Below, in pieces: positions 17,739 to 27,448 of a stretch of DNA of 49,967 bases (its first letter is position 1; each line of letters opens with the position of its first letter). The notes beneath the pieces were generated by a model, which ran no database searches, was not told where the DNA came from, and saw nothing but the letters and a program-made list of their open reading frames with translations. The DNA lies in the IMG/VR virus record IMGVR_UViG_3300026123_000400, positions 1 through 49,967 of that record, one strand, 5' to 3'. The translations under genes were made by a program, and so were the position numbers. This DNA comes from a virus. Lineage: Duplodnaviria > Caudoviricetes.

Positions 17739-18624
17739 TACAATGTATATTATTGCCTATCATGGCAAACGAGAGAACGAAGAAGGCAGAAACAAAAGAC
17801 TAGAAAACCACAACAACCAAATAGAATGGTGGTTGGATTACGATCCTAAACTACAACTTAACATCTTAGCGATGGACTACGATGATAGCGACTACTACGA
17901 ACATGAACGTGTTACGTATGTAGACAAGTTAGATAGCCCTATCCCTCCAGCAAGCGCCCGTAACAGGTTATTAGAGTTATTCTATAATAGTGATGAAGAG
18001 TGGGCTATCTTTGCTGACAGTGATGCTATATTGAATCAGCATGAAAAATTCCCACATACACACGTAAACATTTGTGAAGCATTACAAAATTTCCCTGACA
18101 ATTTTAACGGTGTTGACTTGTTCTGGCCACATTGGGATGGTCGACCAGGCGATGGTGCGTTTTATGACAAGTTCAACAATGTTGACCCAAAATACAACCG
18201 TGTAAATTGGGAAGATACATTACGATTTGACCGCAAGTTTGGTTCAATGAAAGGAACGCTATTTTTCTTACGAAACAACAAACAACGTGTTATGATGGAC
18301 GAATCATTCAATGGTGATAGCAAAATAATCCCAGGAGAGGATGATGAATTTTCTATTGCATGTGCTGTAAATGGTTTAGGTACTTACATCTTGCGCAATA
18401 TTATGTTGAAAGAGTTTACTGCACCTAGTACACATGCTGGAGAACAGAATACTCGCAAAGAAGAAATGGCAAAAGGTGATGTTATCATATGTAACAAATA
18501 CAAGTTACCAAATGACCGAGGTAAGTGGTCTAAGGTGATAAAATCAGATAGAACAAATTCTCCTGCTACGGTAGAGATACCATTCACAAAAAAAGTTGAA
18601 AAAAACTTACTTTTTGACTTCTAA
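17731..18624 (+). CDS. glycosyltransferase-like protein (GT-A fold)
   Basis: PASARNRLL..WAIFADSD, MDESF..GEDDEF. Confidence 0.65.
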   Translation: MCNTMYIIAYHGKRENEEGRNKRLENHNNQIEWWLDYDPKLQLNILAMDYDDSDYYEHERVTYVDKLDSPIPPASARNRLLELFYNSDEEWAIFADSDAILNQHEKFPHTHVNICEALQNFPDNFNGVDLFWPHWDGRPGDGAFYDKFNNVDPKYNRVNWEDTLRFDRKFGSMKGTLFFLRNNKQRVMMDESFNGDSKIIPGEDDEFSIACAVNGLGTYILRNIMLKEFTAPSTHAGEQNTRKEEMAKGDVIICNKYKLPNDRGKWSKVIKSDRTNSPATVEIPFTKKVEKNLLFDF

Positions 18625-18628
18625 AGGC

Positions 18629-18656
18629 TTGACATTACTTTCGGATCTGCTATACT
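18629..18656 (+). promoter_or_regulatory. early promoter
   Basis: TTGACA-N16-TATACT with TG extension. Confidence 0.7.
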
Positions 18657-18714
18657 TTAAGGGAAATGAGGGAGAATTGCTCCCTCTACAACAGTATATT
18701 TTAGAGGGAACACG

Positions 18715-18993
18715 ATGAAATTTTATAGCATGGTCCAAGGTGGAATGAGTACGTTGTTAAACCGTCTTAAGTTATCAGATTACAATCGTAAAAATGGCTA
18801 CGAACCACAGTTACGAGATTTATTGGCTCAAAGAAAGTTTGGCGGAAAGATATTTACTAGGGATGATTTTGTAATAGAATTGGGAATTCTTCTCAATGAA
18901 ATAAATCCAAATCGTTCCGGTGAGTCATGTCTTGACGAGGCGCAAGCAGTTTTTGGATGGTGGGCACGCAGAGACGCAATTTACCAGGTCTAA
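18715..18993 (+). CDS. hypothetical protein
   Basis: SD GAGG; ORF track. Confidence 0.7.
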   Translation: MKFYSMVQGGMSTLLNRLKLSDYNRKNGYEPQLRDLLAQRKFGGKIFTRDDFVIELGILLNEINPNRSGESCLDEAQAVFGWWARRDAIYQV

Positions 18994-19009
18994 TATAGAG
19001 GTTAATACA

Positions 19010-20638
19010 ATGTTCCTTACAGACGCACAAAAAGATATTATCAATTCAGGCATGAATCAACGTAAAAAGGTTGCAGATGCCCTTCCTATGGATTCGATGG
19101 GTGAAATTGATATCAACGAATCACCTAACACTGCAAAATGTGTATCATTGCTGTTCTTTAATCTAGCAAAGTACAAGCCAAAAGATTTAGTACAGATGTA
19201 CAACAAAGCGCCTAAAGTAATCGAACTTTCACAACAAATGATGAAAGATAAAGGTCGCACAGAAGAAAATGTGACCAAAAATACTAATGATCCAGTAGGC
19301 CATATCGCAAACGTGCTAGATTGTTTTTGGTTTAGACCAGTCCGTGAGACAGCCTGGGATGCTCCAGGACAGCGGCTAGCGAATCCTGATGAACAGATTG
19401 AACACTTTATGAATTACGACCCTAAACAAGTACAGCCTGCTATAGGATTGCTTGTTTCTCCTAAAGTTGTTAATGCAGACAGCGATAAAGCGTATATCAT
19501 TGCTGATGGCGGCAATGGCACTGTATTGAATACACTGCCCGGTTTGATTCAGGGTTGGGTCAGTACGTTTTTCGACTTAGAAAAGATGAATCTAAAGCCA
19601 AACGCAACATTTGACAAGTCTGAAGAGTGGGTGACTCAACAATTGACGTTTAACCCAGTATTTGTGGAAGTATATCTTGACCATATTGGCGACTGTCCTA
19701 AATTGTGTGAAGAAGTTGAAAATGTTGAGCGTAGAGTTATTGAAATCTTCCAGAAAAATAACCGAGGCAATAAGGCATCTATCCCTAATCACATTAACAA
19801 CATTCACATGACTAAAATGGAACCTAATTCATACGACCGGGCAATCGGCGATACATTGAAGAACATATTTACTTCTGTAAACGTGACTACAGGTCCAGTT
19901 AATGATTGCGCGGGCGGCTTTTCAGGTGATTTCGAAAAGTTGATTTCTGTTATGATGAATAATGGAATGAACTTTAGATGGGCAGATGTTTGTGTAGGTA
20001 TGTCGGCTGCTGTTTCTAAACTACGTAATGAAATTTCAGGGTTCAACGATATGGATCCTATGATTTGGAATAATTTGTTCCAATACGTAGTGAGTGATTA
20101 CAATGTTCCTGGAGCAGAACTTAGTTTGGATGACGAGGCACTGATTGACGTACTAAAAGAGTTCACTTCAATCATTGAATTCTACAACAAGAACGGTGCA
20201 TTCCAAGGTATCAGCGGTATGGTTGATGTGAACAAGGAATTACCTGAAGGATGTACATACGTTAAGGGTAAACAGTATGACATAGCGGCGCGTGTGATAC
20301 TTGAATTGCACAATGCATGTTACGGTGAAGAAAGTTGGAACAAAGTATTTGGTGTTAGCGGAAGTATTAACAAGAATAAACTTCGTACTTATCAAGTAAC
20401 CGATGCTAACGGCAATCCATACTTTCATGTACTAGAAGAATTCAGTTTCTACACGGGCGATAAGAGCAAATCTTACTTCTTTAAAGATGGTAAGAAAGTA
20501 ATTGGTTCAATTGAACAACTTGCCAAAATTGTTAACCCTAAAGGCGTTGACAAAGTTAAGAAAGATGCTGAAATCGCAAAACGCCGTGCTGAACTTGAAC
20601 GACAACTAGCACAACTAGCAGAACTAGAGGAAGCATAA
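19010..20638 (+). CDS. large hypothetical protein (possible ParB/Srx-like N-domain)
   Basis: SD GAGGT before ATG 19010; YIIADG and IFQKNN motifs; coiled-coil C-terminus. Confidence 0.75.
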   Translation: MFLTDAQKDIINSGMNQRKKVADALPMDSMGEIDINESPNTAKCVSLLFFNLAKYKPKDLVQMYNKAPKVIELSQQMMKDKGRTEENVTKNTNDPVGHIANVLDCFWFRPVRETAWDAPGQRLANPDEQIEHFMNYDPKQVQPAIGLLVSPKVVNADSDKAYIIADGGNGTVLNTLPGLIQGWVSTFFDLEKMNLKPNATFDKSEEWVTQQLTFNPVFVEVYLDHIGDCPKLCEEVENVERRVIEIFQKNNRGNKASIPNHINNIHMTKMEPNSYDRAIGDTLKNIFTSVNVTTGPVNDCAGGFSGDFEKLISVMMNNGMNFRWADVCVGMSAAVSKLRNEISGFNDMDPMIWNNLFQYVVSDYNVPGAELSLDDEALIDVLKEFTSIIEFYNKNGAFQGISGMVDVNKELPEGCTYVKGKQYDIAARVILELHNACYGEESWNKVFGVSGSINKNKLRTYQVTDANGNPYFHVLEEFSFYTGDKSKSYFFKDGKKVIGSIEQLAKIVNPKGVDKVKKDAEIAKRRAELERQLAQLAELEEA

Positions 20639-20639
20639 T

Positions 20640-21314
20640 ATGGAACTGCTTAACACACAATACACTGTTGAGCAGCCGAATAAACGACTGTACGAGTCTG
20701 CTGGTCAGATTCGTTCGGTCGTCAACGGAAGACCATCATGCTGTTTTCCAGGCTGTAATCAAGAACCTAGTAAAGAAAAGGGTAAAATTGATGTAGAAAC
20801 TGGACAGCCTCTGTATAAATCATTATGTGAGGTACACGAACAAGTTTTTGCTGTGTCGAAACCCACATCATGGGGTGAACGCAAAAAATACTATGAACTG
20901 TGGGACCGAACACCATTGTTGGTAAAAGCGTTAGGTTCAAATGTTATAGTATGGGGAGATAAAAGTAAAGAATGGTTGTACAGCGAGTTTTATCCGACCA
21001 TTCAAAGATTGATTGACGAAGGAAATATTGAAGCAGCCTTTAACACCGCAAGATGGTTACGTGGCGAATTTGATTGTGATCACATTCTAGGCAGTAAAGA
21101 ATATGGTGACGAATATATTGTTCCTTTACATAAAGGCAATCATGCTGGTAAAACAACACTACTTAAAGATAACATTAGAAATACAAACACCCATACTAAG
21201 GCATCTCTCATTTACTCATGCTTGACAGACGATGTACTACAAGAAATGGGATTGGATTATACACAGGAAGACTTGTTCAAAGCCCTACGTAGAGAAATTG
21301 AACAGGTCGCATAA
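20640..21314 (+). CDS. HNH-like protein
   Basis: CCFPGC..LCEVH; FDCDHILG..VPLHKGNHAGKT. Confidence 0.6.
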   Translation: MELLNTQYTVEQPNKRLYESAGQIRSVVNGRPSCCFPGCNQEPSKEKGKIDVETGQPLYKSLCEVHEQVFAVSKPTSWGERKKYYELWDRTPLLVKALGSNVIVWGDKSKEWLYSEFYPTIQRLIDEGNIEAAFNTARWLRGEFDCDHILGSKEYGDEYIVPLHKGNHAGKTTLLKDNIRNTNTHTKASLIYSCLTDDVLQEMGLDYTQEDLFKALRREIEQVA

Positions 21315-21351
21315 ACATATCAAATAATAAAAAAGCCTCATAGAGACCACT

Positions 21352-21378
21352 AGAGGGACGAAAGTCCCTCTCTTTTTT
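21352..21378 (+). terminator. intrinsic terminator
   Basis: AGAGGGAC-GAAA-GTCCCTCT followed by a T-run. Confidence 0.85.
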
Positions 21379-21444
21379 CTTGACTACAATAAAGAAAATA
21401 GTGTATACTAATAAAAACATAACCGCAAAGAGGACTATTCAAGA

Positions 21445-22383
21445 ATGAAACAATTATGGACTGAAAAGTACAGGCCTAAAAATATTACAGATTATGTATT
21501 TCGTGACGATAAACAACGAAAGCAAGTACAAACATGGGTAGACTCCGGAGCAATACCACATCTTCTATTCAGTGGTGCGGCAGGTACCGGCAAAACAACA
21601 CTCGCTAAAGTTCTACTTAATGAACTAGATGTAGACGATGGCGACATAATGTTAATCAACGCATCAAACGAAAATAACGTTGATACAATGCGTACAAAGA
21701 TTAATGGATTCGCAAGTTCACTGCCGTTCTCTGGCGATTTCAAATTTGTGTTACTTGATGAGGCTGATTATCTATCGCCCAACGCACAAGCAATTCTACG
21801 TAACATGATGGAAACGTATAGTTCAACATGTCGTTTTATTTTAACATGCAACTATCCAAACAAAGTAATCCCAGCAATTCATTCACGTTGTCAAGGTTAT
21901 CATATTGAAAAACTTGACCAAACAGAATTTACAGTACGTATTGCTACCATTCTTCTAGAAGAGGGTATGGAGTTCCTACCTGATGATTTAGATGTGTACG
22001 TAAAAAGTACATACCCAGACCTTCGTAAATGTATAAATATGGTACAACAGAATATTGTAGATGGTGTATTACAGCAACCAAGTTCTGGTGAAGGCGGCGA
22101 AAGTGATTGGATTCTTGAATACGTAGCCAACTTTCAAATTGGTAAAATTGCTGAGGCTCGAAAATTAATTGTGTCGAAAGCACGACCGGAAGAGTATGAA
22201 GGAGTATTCCGCAAACTGTATGAAAATCTTGATTGGTTTGGTGAAGACAAACGAACACAAGGTAAAGCATTGATTACTATTCGTGATGGGCTTGTAAATC
22301 ATTCGCTTGTTGCAGACCCAGAGATTAATCTAAGTGCTACACTATTAGAATTACAATACATTGCAGGACAACCGGATGAGTGA
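21445..22383 (+). CDS. sliding-clamp loader AAA+ subunit (RFC/gp44-like)
   Basis: LWTEKYRP, GAAGTGKTT, INAS, LLDEADYL, SRC. Confidence 0.95.
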   Translation: MKQLWTEKYRPKNITDYVFRDDKQRKQVQTWVDSGAIPHLLFSGAAGTGKTTLAKVLLNELDVDDGDIMLINASNENNVDTMRTKINGFASSLPFSGDFKFVLLDEADYLSPNAQAILRNMMETYSSTCRFILTCNYPNKVIPAIHSRCQGYHIEKLDQTEFTVRIATILLEEGMEFLPDDLDVYVKSTYPDLRKCINMVQQNIVDGVLQQPSSGEGGESDWILEYVANFQIGKIAEARKLIVSKARPEEYEGVFRKLYENLDWFGEDKRTQGKALITIRDGLVNHSLVADPEINLSATLLELQYIAGQPDE

Positions 22384-22789
22384 TAGACAAGCGCCTACAA
22401 AATTGTATACCGACATTGAAATGTCAGAGTACGTAGCAAAAATGATGAACCATATTGGAACAATAGCAGAGTCTAATGATCCGCCGAATCCATTTCGTAA
22501 AGGGTATGAGGTTGACAAAAATATTAACTTAGTACTTAATTCGTTAAATGATTTAAAACAGACGCTAAGTTATTACTGTGACATTATTACCTACAATAAC
22601 GATTGGACGTATATTATAGTTTGTGAGTACAAAAACGGAGGATATTCCACTGAAGTGCTAAATAGAATTGCCGATGAATGTTCTTACCCAACACAACTTT
22701 TTGAATCTGAAGATTGGGCAGTGTTTTGTATTAACATGACCATAGGACAAAAACTTATATTAGATAACGGAATTTTGAGGATTAAATAA
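22376..22789 (+). CDS. hypothetical protein
   Basis: ORF track. Confidence 0.65.
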   Translation: MSDRQAPTKLYTDIEMSEYVAKMMNHIGTIAESNDPPNPFRKGYEVDKNINLVLNSLNDLKQTLSYYCDIITYNNDWTYIIVCEYKNGGYSTEVLNRIADECSYPTQLFESEDWAVFCINMTIGQKLILDNGILRIK

Positions 22790-22792
22790 CAT

Positions 22793-23122
22793 ATGAAAGC
22801 ATATATTGCCATTTCACACGAGTATAGACCGGCACCTGGAGTTAACACTTCAATCAAAGGATGGGAAACGCAACCTGAATCCATGAATAGATTTGAAACC
22901 ATTATGTTTCTTACTCGTGTACGTAAATCGTTATGGTCATCAGCGACAACTATTGTTAATGTAACCGACCGAAGAGTAGAAAAGAATAATGCAGAAACAC
23001 AAGGGTTTGATTCTATAATGCATTATGTGGCAAAACAGTACCCGGAACATTACCAAAGTTTTATTGAAGAATGTATACGAGAAGGTTTGGTAATACCTGA
23101 CGATGATGTAGTAGAAGCATGA
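22793..23122 (+). CDS. hypothetical protein
   Basis: SD GAGGA. Confidence 0.7.
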   Translation: MKAYIAISHEYRPAPGVNTSIKGWETQPESMNRFETIMFLTRVRKSLWSSATTIVNVTDRRVEKNNAETQGFDSIMHYVAKQYPEHYQSFIEECIREGLVIPDDDVVEA

Positions 23123-23937
23123 ACAAATTATTTATAGCCTTTGTTTCATTTTTAGTCGCAGTATCAGTATCGTTTGCTGACCATGACAATCTTATGTGGA
23201 GTCCAAGTGGTCTTCCACTTGATGATCACCGAGGCCCATGGTTCGCCACTATTGATTTGGAAGCAACACAATGGGCGTGGATTCGTCAATCTCAAAATAC
23301 CCGTAAAGGAGATACTGCATTACGTTTTGAAGTCCGTCCGGGTGATTGTTTTACCGCAAAACCTCACAACCCAGCATCAGGTTGGGACGATTGTACGCGT
23401 GACCGGGAACGTAGTGAAATTCGTGAAAGATGGTTACCACTACTCGACCAAGAAGTATGGTACGAGTGGAGTATGTTTATCCCCAATAACTACGAATATA
23501 TCTACCCAAAACAAATCTTCTTCCAGTGGCACGATGGTGAAGGGGGTCCAGTAGTTTATTTTCAGTTGAATCGTAATAACTTTCTGATTGACATTCTAAC
23601 TAAACCATCAGAAACTACACACCAATACAAAATAGGGGAACTGCCTAAGAACCAGTGGATTGATTTTACTGTTCGTGCTGTATGGTCAGACCGTAATAAC
23701 GGAAACTTTACGTTGTGGATTGATGACCAGTTTGTGATGGAACATGTTGGTCCAAATATGTACCCACAAGAAAAGTTGACTAAGTTTGGTCCATTTGTTA
23801 AGATGGGCATCTATCGTTCTCACCTGTTCCGTTGGAAAGAAGACAGACCATTACCTGTTCAAGTGTTATATTTTGACGAATATCGTAGAGGCGGTAGCCA
23901 AGAAGAAGTTGATATAAACAACCATCAAGGTGACTAA
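23119..23937 (+). CDS. secreted polysaccharide-lyase-like protein (heparinase I/jelly-roll type)
   Basis: Signal peptide; RFEVRPGDC, RERSE, WYEWSMFIP, FQWH, KMGIYR, YFDE. Confidence 0.78.
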   Translation: MNKLFIAFVSFLVAVSVSFADHDNLMWSPSGLPLDDHRGPWFATIDLEATQWAWIRQSQNTRKGDTALRFEVRPGDCFTAKPHNPASGWDDCTRDRERSEIRERWLPLLDQEVWYEWSMFIPNNYEYIYPKQIFFQWHDGEGGPVVYFQLNRNNFLIDILTKPSETTHQYKIGELPKNQWIDFTVRAVWSDRNNGNFTLWIDDQFVMEHVGPNMYPQEKLTKFGPFVKMGIYRSHLFRWKEDRPLPVQVLYFDEYRRGGSQEEVDINNHQGD

Positions 23938-24254
23938 TGAAAGGTGGTCGGCGCAAATACTCACTGAAAGCAACCATATATGACAAGCGAGGTCGGGTTC
24001 TTTCAGTGGGTAAAAACTCATATCAAAAAACGCATCCAATACAGTATCATTATGCTAAACGGGTTGGCAGAGAAGATGCTGTATTCTTACATGCCGAAAT
24101 GGCAGCACTAATCAAATTAGAAGACACAAATAAAGCATACCGTATTCATATAGAACGTTATGGTTCGGATGGTGAACCTCGACCTGCTGAACCATGTGAG
24201 ATATGTAGACTCGCATTAGAGGAGTCAGGCATAAAAGTTATAGAATTTACTTGA
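23937..24254 (+). CDS. cytidine/dCMP deaminase-like Zn protein
   Basis: LHAE..PCEIC. Confidence 0.85.
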   Translation: MKGGRRKYSLKATIYDKRGRVLSVGKNSYQKTHPIQYHYAKRVGREDAVFLHAEMAALIKLEDTNKAYRIHIERYGSDGEPRPAEPCEICRLALEESGIKVIEFT

Positions 24255-24278
24255 CTTTTGTCCTCCAGGCTGTATACT
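24251..24278 (+). promoter_or_regulatory. early promoter
   Basis: TTGACT-N16-TATACT. Confidence 0.7.
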
Positions 24279-24309
24279 ATGTGTATAGTCCAATTGAGAG
24301 GAAAACATT

Positions 24310-24723
24310 ATGTCTATGGCAATCACTACTCCAGCCGGTTCACATGCTCGTATTGAAGAAATGCAAGAAATGTGCTTCTCTGATTTCCACAAAGATGTAT
24401 ACGGTTATCGTCCACGTGGTGAAACATGGGATTTCTATGTTAACCTGGACATGGCAACCTTTGAGTTTGCATTAGACAACATGATGCGTCTCTTAGAAGA
24501 AAACGCAAAAATTCAGGAAGAACAAGAAGCCAAAGCATTGGTTGTATTCAAGAAAAAACTTGCTAATACTATGCGTGAATACAAATGCGATTGGAAAAAG
24601 GCATTGGACCGTTTAATGCTTGCTGAAGAGAATGAATTAAATGTTGGATTCTATCTTTGGAATCAGCAGATTTCATATGCTAAACAGCGTGAGATTGAAG
24701 ACCTTTACTACAATAAATCGTAA
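24310..24723 (+). CDS. early hypothetical protein
   Basis: SD GAGGA; FSDFHKDVYGYRPRG motif. Confidence 0.8.
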   Translation: MSMAITTPAGSHARIEEMQEMCFSDFHKDVYGYRPRGETWDFYVNLDMATFEFALDNMMRLLEENAKIQEEQEAKALVVFKKKLANTMREYKCDWKKALDRLMLAEENELNVGFYLWNQQISYAKQREIEDLYYNKS

Positions 24724-24730
24724 AAAAAGG

Positions 24731-24758
24731 TTGACACTGATCCTAATGGCTGTATACT
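24731..24758 (+). promoter_or_regulatory. early promoter
   Basis: A-tract, then TTGACA-N16-TATACT. Confidence 0.8.
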
Positions 24759-24790
24759 ATAAGGGTAAGTTAATGAGAGAGGATATGTAA

Positions 24791-25258
24791 ATGAGCACTA
24801 ATTCACGAATCGGTTACGAAATGTCAAATGGTTCAGTTCGTTCTATCTACGCTCACTGGGATGGCTACCCAGCAGGTGTTGGTTACACTGTTGTTGAAAA
24901 CTACAGCGACTACGACAAAATTAAAGAACTTGTTGAATTGGGCGATGTTAGCATTGTAGGCGACCGTGTTGGCGTCAAATGTAATTTTGATGACCGTGAT
25001 AGTATCCCTGAAGGTCAGTGTGTATTCTATGGTCGTGACCGCGGCGAGACTGGTGTAGATGCTCGTACTAGTAAAAGCATTGAAGAGTTCATTGACAGTG
25101 TAGGCGATTCAGGCGAAGAGTTTGGATATGTTTACACTACTGATGGTTTGTGGGTAATGTATGACCGTTACGGTAAGCGCACTGTATGGGATGCTGAATA
25201 CGACATCCGCGATGCTCGTGTCAAGATGGAAGAATACTACGCTTCGCGGGCAGCATAA
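24791..25258 (+). CDS. conserved phage early protein
   Basis: MSTNSRIG..SIYAHWDGYP motif; SD GAGGA. Confidence 0.8.
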   Translation: MSTNSRIGYEMSNGSVRSIYAHWDGYPAGVGYTVVENYSDYDKIKELVELGDVSIVGDRVGVKCNFDDRDSIPEGQCVFYGRDRGETGVDARTSKSIEEFIDSVGDSGEEFGYVYTTDGLWVMYDRYGKRTVWDAEYDIRDARVKMEEYYASRAA

Positions 25259-25265
25259 AAAACGG

Positions 25266-25305
25266 TTGACATACCTAACGAGTTATTGTATTATATACAT
25301 ATAGT
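25266..25305 (+). promoter_or_regulatory. orphan early promoter, duplicate of 26072
   Basis: TTGACA-N17-TATTAT then ATACATATAGT; no + strand gene follows. Confidence 0.65.
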
Positions 25306-25332
25306 TTGTTTTCGATAAAACAGTGTAGATGA

Positions 25333-26010
25333 TTACCATCTACACTTTTCTCCATTCAGACCATGCCACTTAGATATGTTTGCCTTTTGTCCTTCTTTGC
25401 CACATTTAGGACACACCGCAGATGCCCCAAATCCCGGATTACTATTCTTCGCTATATCTGACATTTTTTGTTTTGTTTCATCTGAATGAAATCGTGTGCT
25501 AGGGTCCCTCTTCTTCGCAGCATCAGATATGTTTCGTTTATGTTCTTCGGTGAATTTGATACCTTTGTTTCTTGAATGCCCTTTATTTGCTTCGGATATT
25601 CTTTGTTTTGTTTCTTCGGTATGTTTCTTTCCATAGAATGGATTGTCCGAACCTTTTCTTTTGGCTCCGTACATTCCATTTTTCTTTCCTTTCCTATCTT
25701 CGCTGTTAATCAGTCGATACTCGTCCTTATACTTTCCGTATGATCTAGAGTTATACAGTTTTCTTCCGGACATAAGAACATGAGCCGCAATCATCTTTCT
25801 ACGATGCTCCCCTTCCGTGAACTTAGGCAATAATAAATGACAAATGTAATGCTCTCTAGCAGTTAACGACACCAAGTTATCATCGGTGTCCTCTCCTCCT
25901 AGTGATCTTGGTATGATATGATGCCTCTCTGTGTAATCTTCAATAATACGATGCTTGGCGTTTTCTATGATTCTAAAATAACAATCATAATACTTATTTA
26001 ATATGAACAT
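25333..26010 (-). CDS. HNH homing endonuclease with NUMOD3 repeats
   Basis: YTERHHIIPRSLGG..NLVSLTAREHYICHLLL; NPFYGKKHTEETKQRIS; ATAAATA 5 nt before the ATG. Confidence 0.92.
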   Translation of the reverse strand: MFILNKYYDCYFRIIENAKHRIIEDYTERHHIIPRSLGGEDTDDNLVSLTAREHYICHLLLPKFTEGEHRRKMIAAHVLMSGRKLYNSRSYGKYKDEYRLINSEDRKGKKNGMYGAKRKGSDNPFYGKKHTEETKQRISEANKGHSRNKGIKFTEEHKRNISDAAKKRDPSTRFHSDETKQKMSDIAKNSNPGFGASAVCPKCGKEGQKANISKWHGLNGEKCRW

Positions 26011-26071
26011 AAATGTATTTATGTTAGAACTACTATTAGAGTGGGATACAGCAAAAAATTCAAAAAAACTG

Positions 26072-26111
26072 TTGACAACCAAGACGCCTTGTTATACACT
26101 ATACATATAGT
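26072..26111 (+). promoter_or_regulatory. early promoter of the HAD gene
   Basis: TTGACA-N17-TACACT then ATACATATAGT. Confidence 0.7.
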
Positions 26112-26130
26112 CAATGAGAAAGGTGTTTTA

Positions 26131-26706
26131 ATGAATAAAATAATTTTGAGTGACGTGGACGGTGTTCTCCTTGATTGGGAACTTGCTTTTCACAAGTGGA
26201 TGGAAGACAAAGGTTACACTGCTGCCGACAAATCACTTTACAAAATGAATGAAGCATACGACATTGAGAAAGCAGAAAGCAAACGACTTATTCGTGAGTT
26301 TAACGAAAGTGTGCGAATGCTTGACTTGCCTGCTTTTCGTGACGCTCGCAGTGGTGTTGCTCGGCTTGTCGAAGCGGGTTATCAGTTTATCGTTATCACT
26401 AGTATGAGCCTTGACCCAATGGCGAAGAAAGCCCGTGAGATTAACTTAGAAGCAGTGTTTGGTGAGAATGTGTTCGTAGAAGTTATCTGTTTAGACACAG
26501 GCGCTGACAAAGACGAAGCATTGATCCCATGGAAAGATAGTAACATCATCTTTATAGAAGATAAAGCAGAAAATGCTGTTACTGGTGCTGATATGGGTCT
26601 GCGAAGTATTCTGATTGAACACAAGCACAATGCTGAATGTGATGACCCGCGTATTGCTCGTTGTGCTGATTGGAAAGAAATTACTGACTTGATTCTCGCT
26701 GAATAA
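26131..26706 (+). CDS. HAD-family phosphatase (5'-nucleotidase-like)
   Basis: [21 protein letters not shown]. Confidence 0.88.
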   Translation: MNKIILSDVDGVLLDWELAFHKWMEDKGYTAADKSLYKMNEAYDIEKAESKRLIREFNESVRMLDLPAFRDARSGVARLVEAGYQFIVITSMSLDPMAKKAREINLEAVFGENVFVEVICLDTGADKDEALIPWKDSNIIFIEDKAENAVTGADMGLRSILIEHKHNAECDDPRIARCADWKEITDLILAE

Positions 26707-27379
26707 TAATCCAATTACCTTTTTGCACACAACGATATCTAAACTGGGATACCGTCATGTTATTATATATGGCGGCTTCATTTACAGAATCAAACATTCT
26801 TCCGTCTGGTGATTTCACGTTCAATCTATTAGCAGGAATTTTGCCTTTTAGTGAGTTACTAATGTTCTCTCGTCCTTCTTTGCTGTGAGGTTTTCTTGTT
26901 TTTATTGTTCTTCCTGTGTAGTATTCTGGTGGATTCTCTCCTTCTGGAACATAAATGGTATTATCTCCATCTGTGTACCATTTTAGATTATTATCTGTTA
27001 CAGCACTTCTTCCATACATGCCATTTTTTTCTCCTGATCGGTCTAACTCTTTCATCGCTTTGATATAGTTAGGACTATGCGAGGTGTCCCCTCCCGTTCC
27101 TCCTTCTGTTATATTCAGCAAAATACCACCATCATCTATATTTTTTCTACCGTGAAGTTTTATGAGTCTTCTTTCAATTGCATATGCTCCAAGTTCTGTT
27201 AGCCATGATTCTAGTATGATTATGCGATTATGATCTGGTGGTAGATTAACTCTACCGTGTTTAACCCATGCTCGATCATCTTTACCTTTTCCTATGTAAT
27301 ATGGAGTTCCGTCTTTTCTTAGATACGCATAAACATAATATTGACATCCATGCGTGGAGGTGTTAGTATAAATACTCAT
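26681..27379 (-). CDS. GIY-YIG homing endonuclease with NUMOD motifs
   Basis: [35 protein letters not shown]; start MSIY with SD AGAGGA. Confidence 0.9.
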   Translation of the reverse strand: MSIYTNTSTHGCQYYVYAYLRKDGTPYYIGKGKDDRAWVKHGRVNLPPDHNRIIILESWLTELGAYAIERRLIKLHGRKNIDDGGILLNITEGGTGGDTSHSPNYIKAMKELDRSGEKNGMYGRSAVTDNNLKWYTDGDNTIYVPEGENPPEYYTGRTIKTRKPHSKEGRENISNSLKGKIPANRLNVKSPDGRMFDSVNEAAIYNNMTVSQFRYRCVQKGNWIIIQRESSQ

Positions 27380-27448
27380 GCTGATAGTTCCTCTTAAACT
27401 GTTAGAGTAGTCAGATATTGGTGTATCGTGGACTACACTTTTATTTAT
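27341..27448 (+). ncRNA. conserved antisense promoter and two-hairpin RNA module, copy 2
   Basis: TTGACA-N17-TAGTAT overlapping TATAAATA; same stems as 8910-9020. Confidence 0.65.

Noticed and set aside
8949-27448. CRISPR repeats or IS terminal inverted repeats
   Set aside because: Only two dispersed same-orientation copies, with no spacers, cas genes or transposase.
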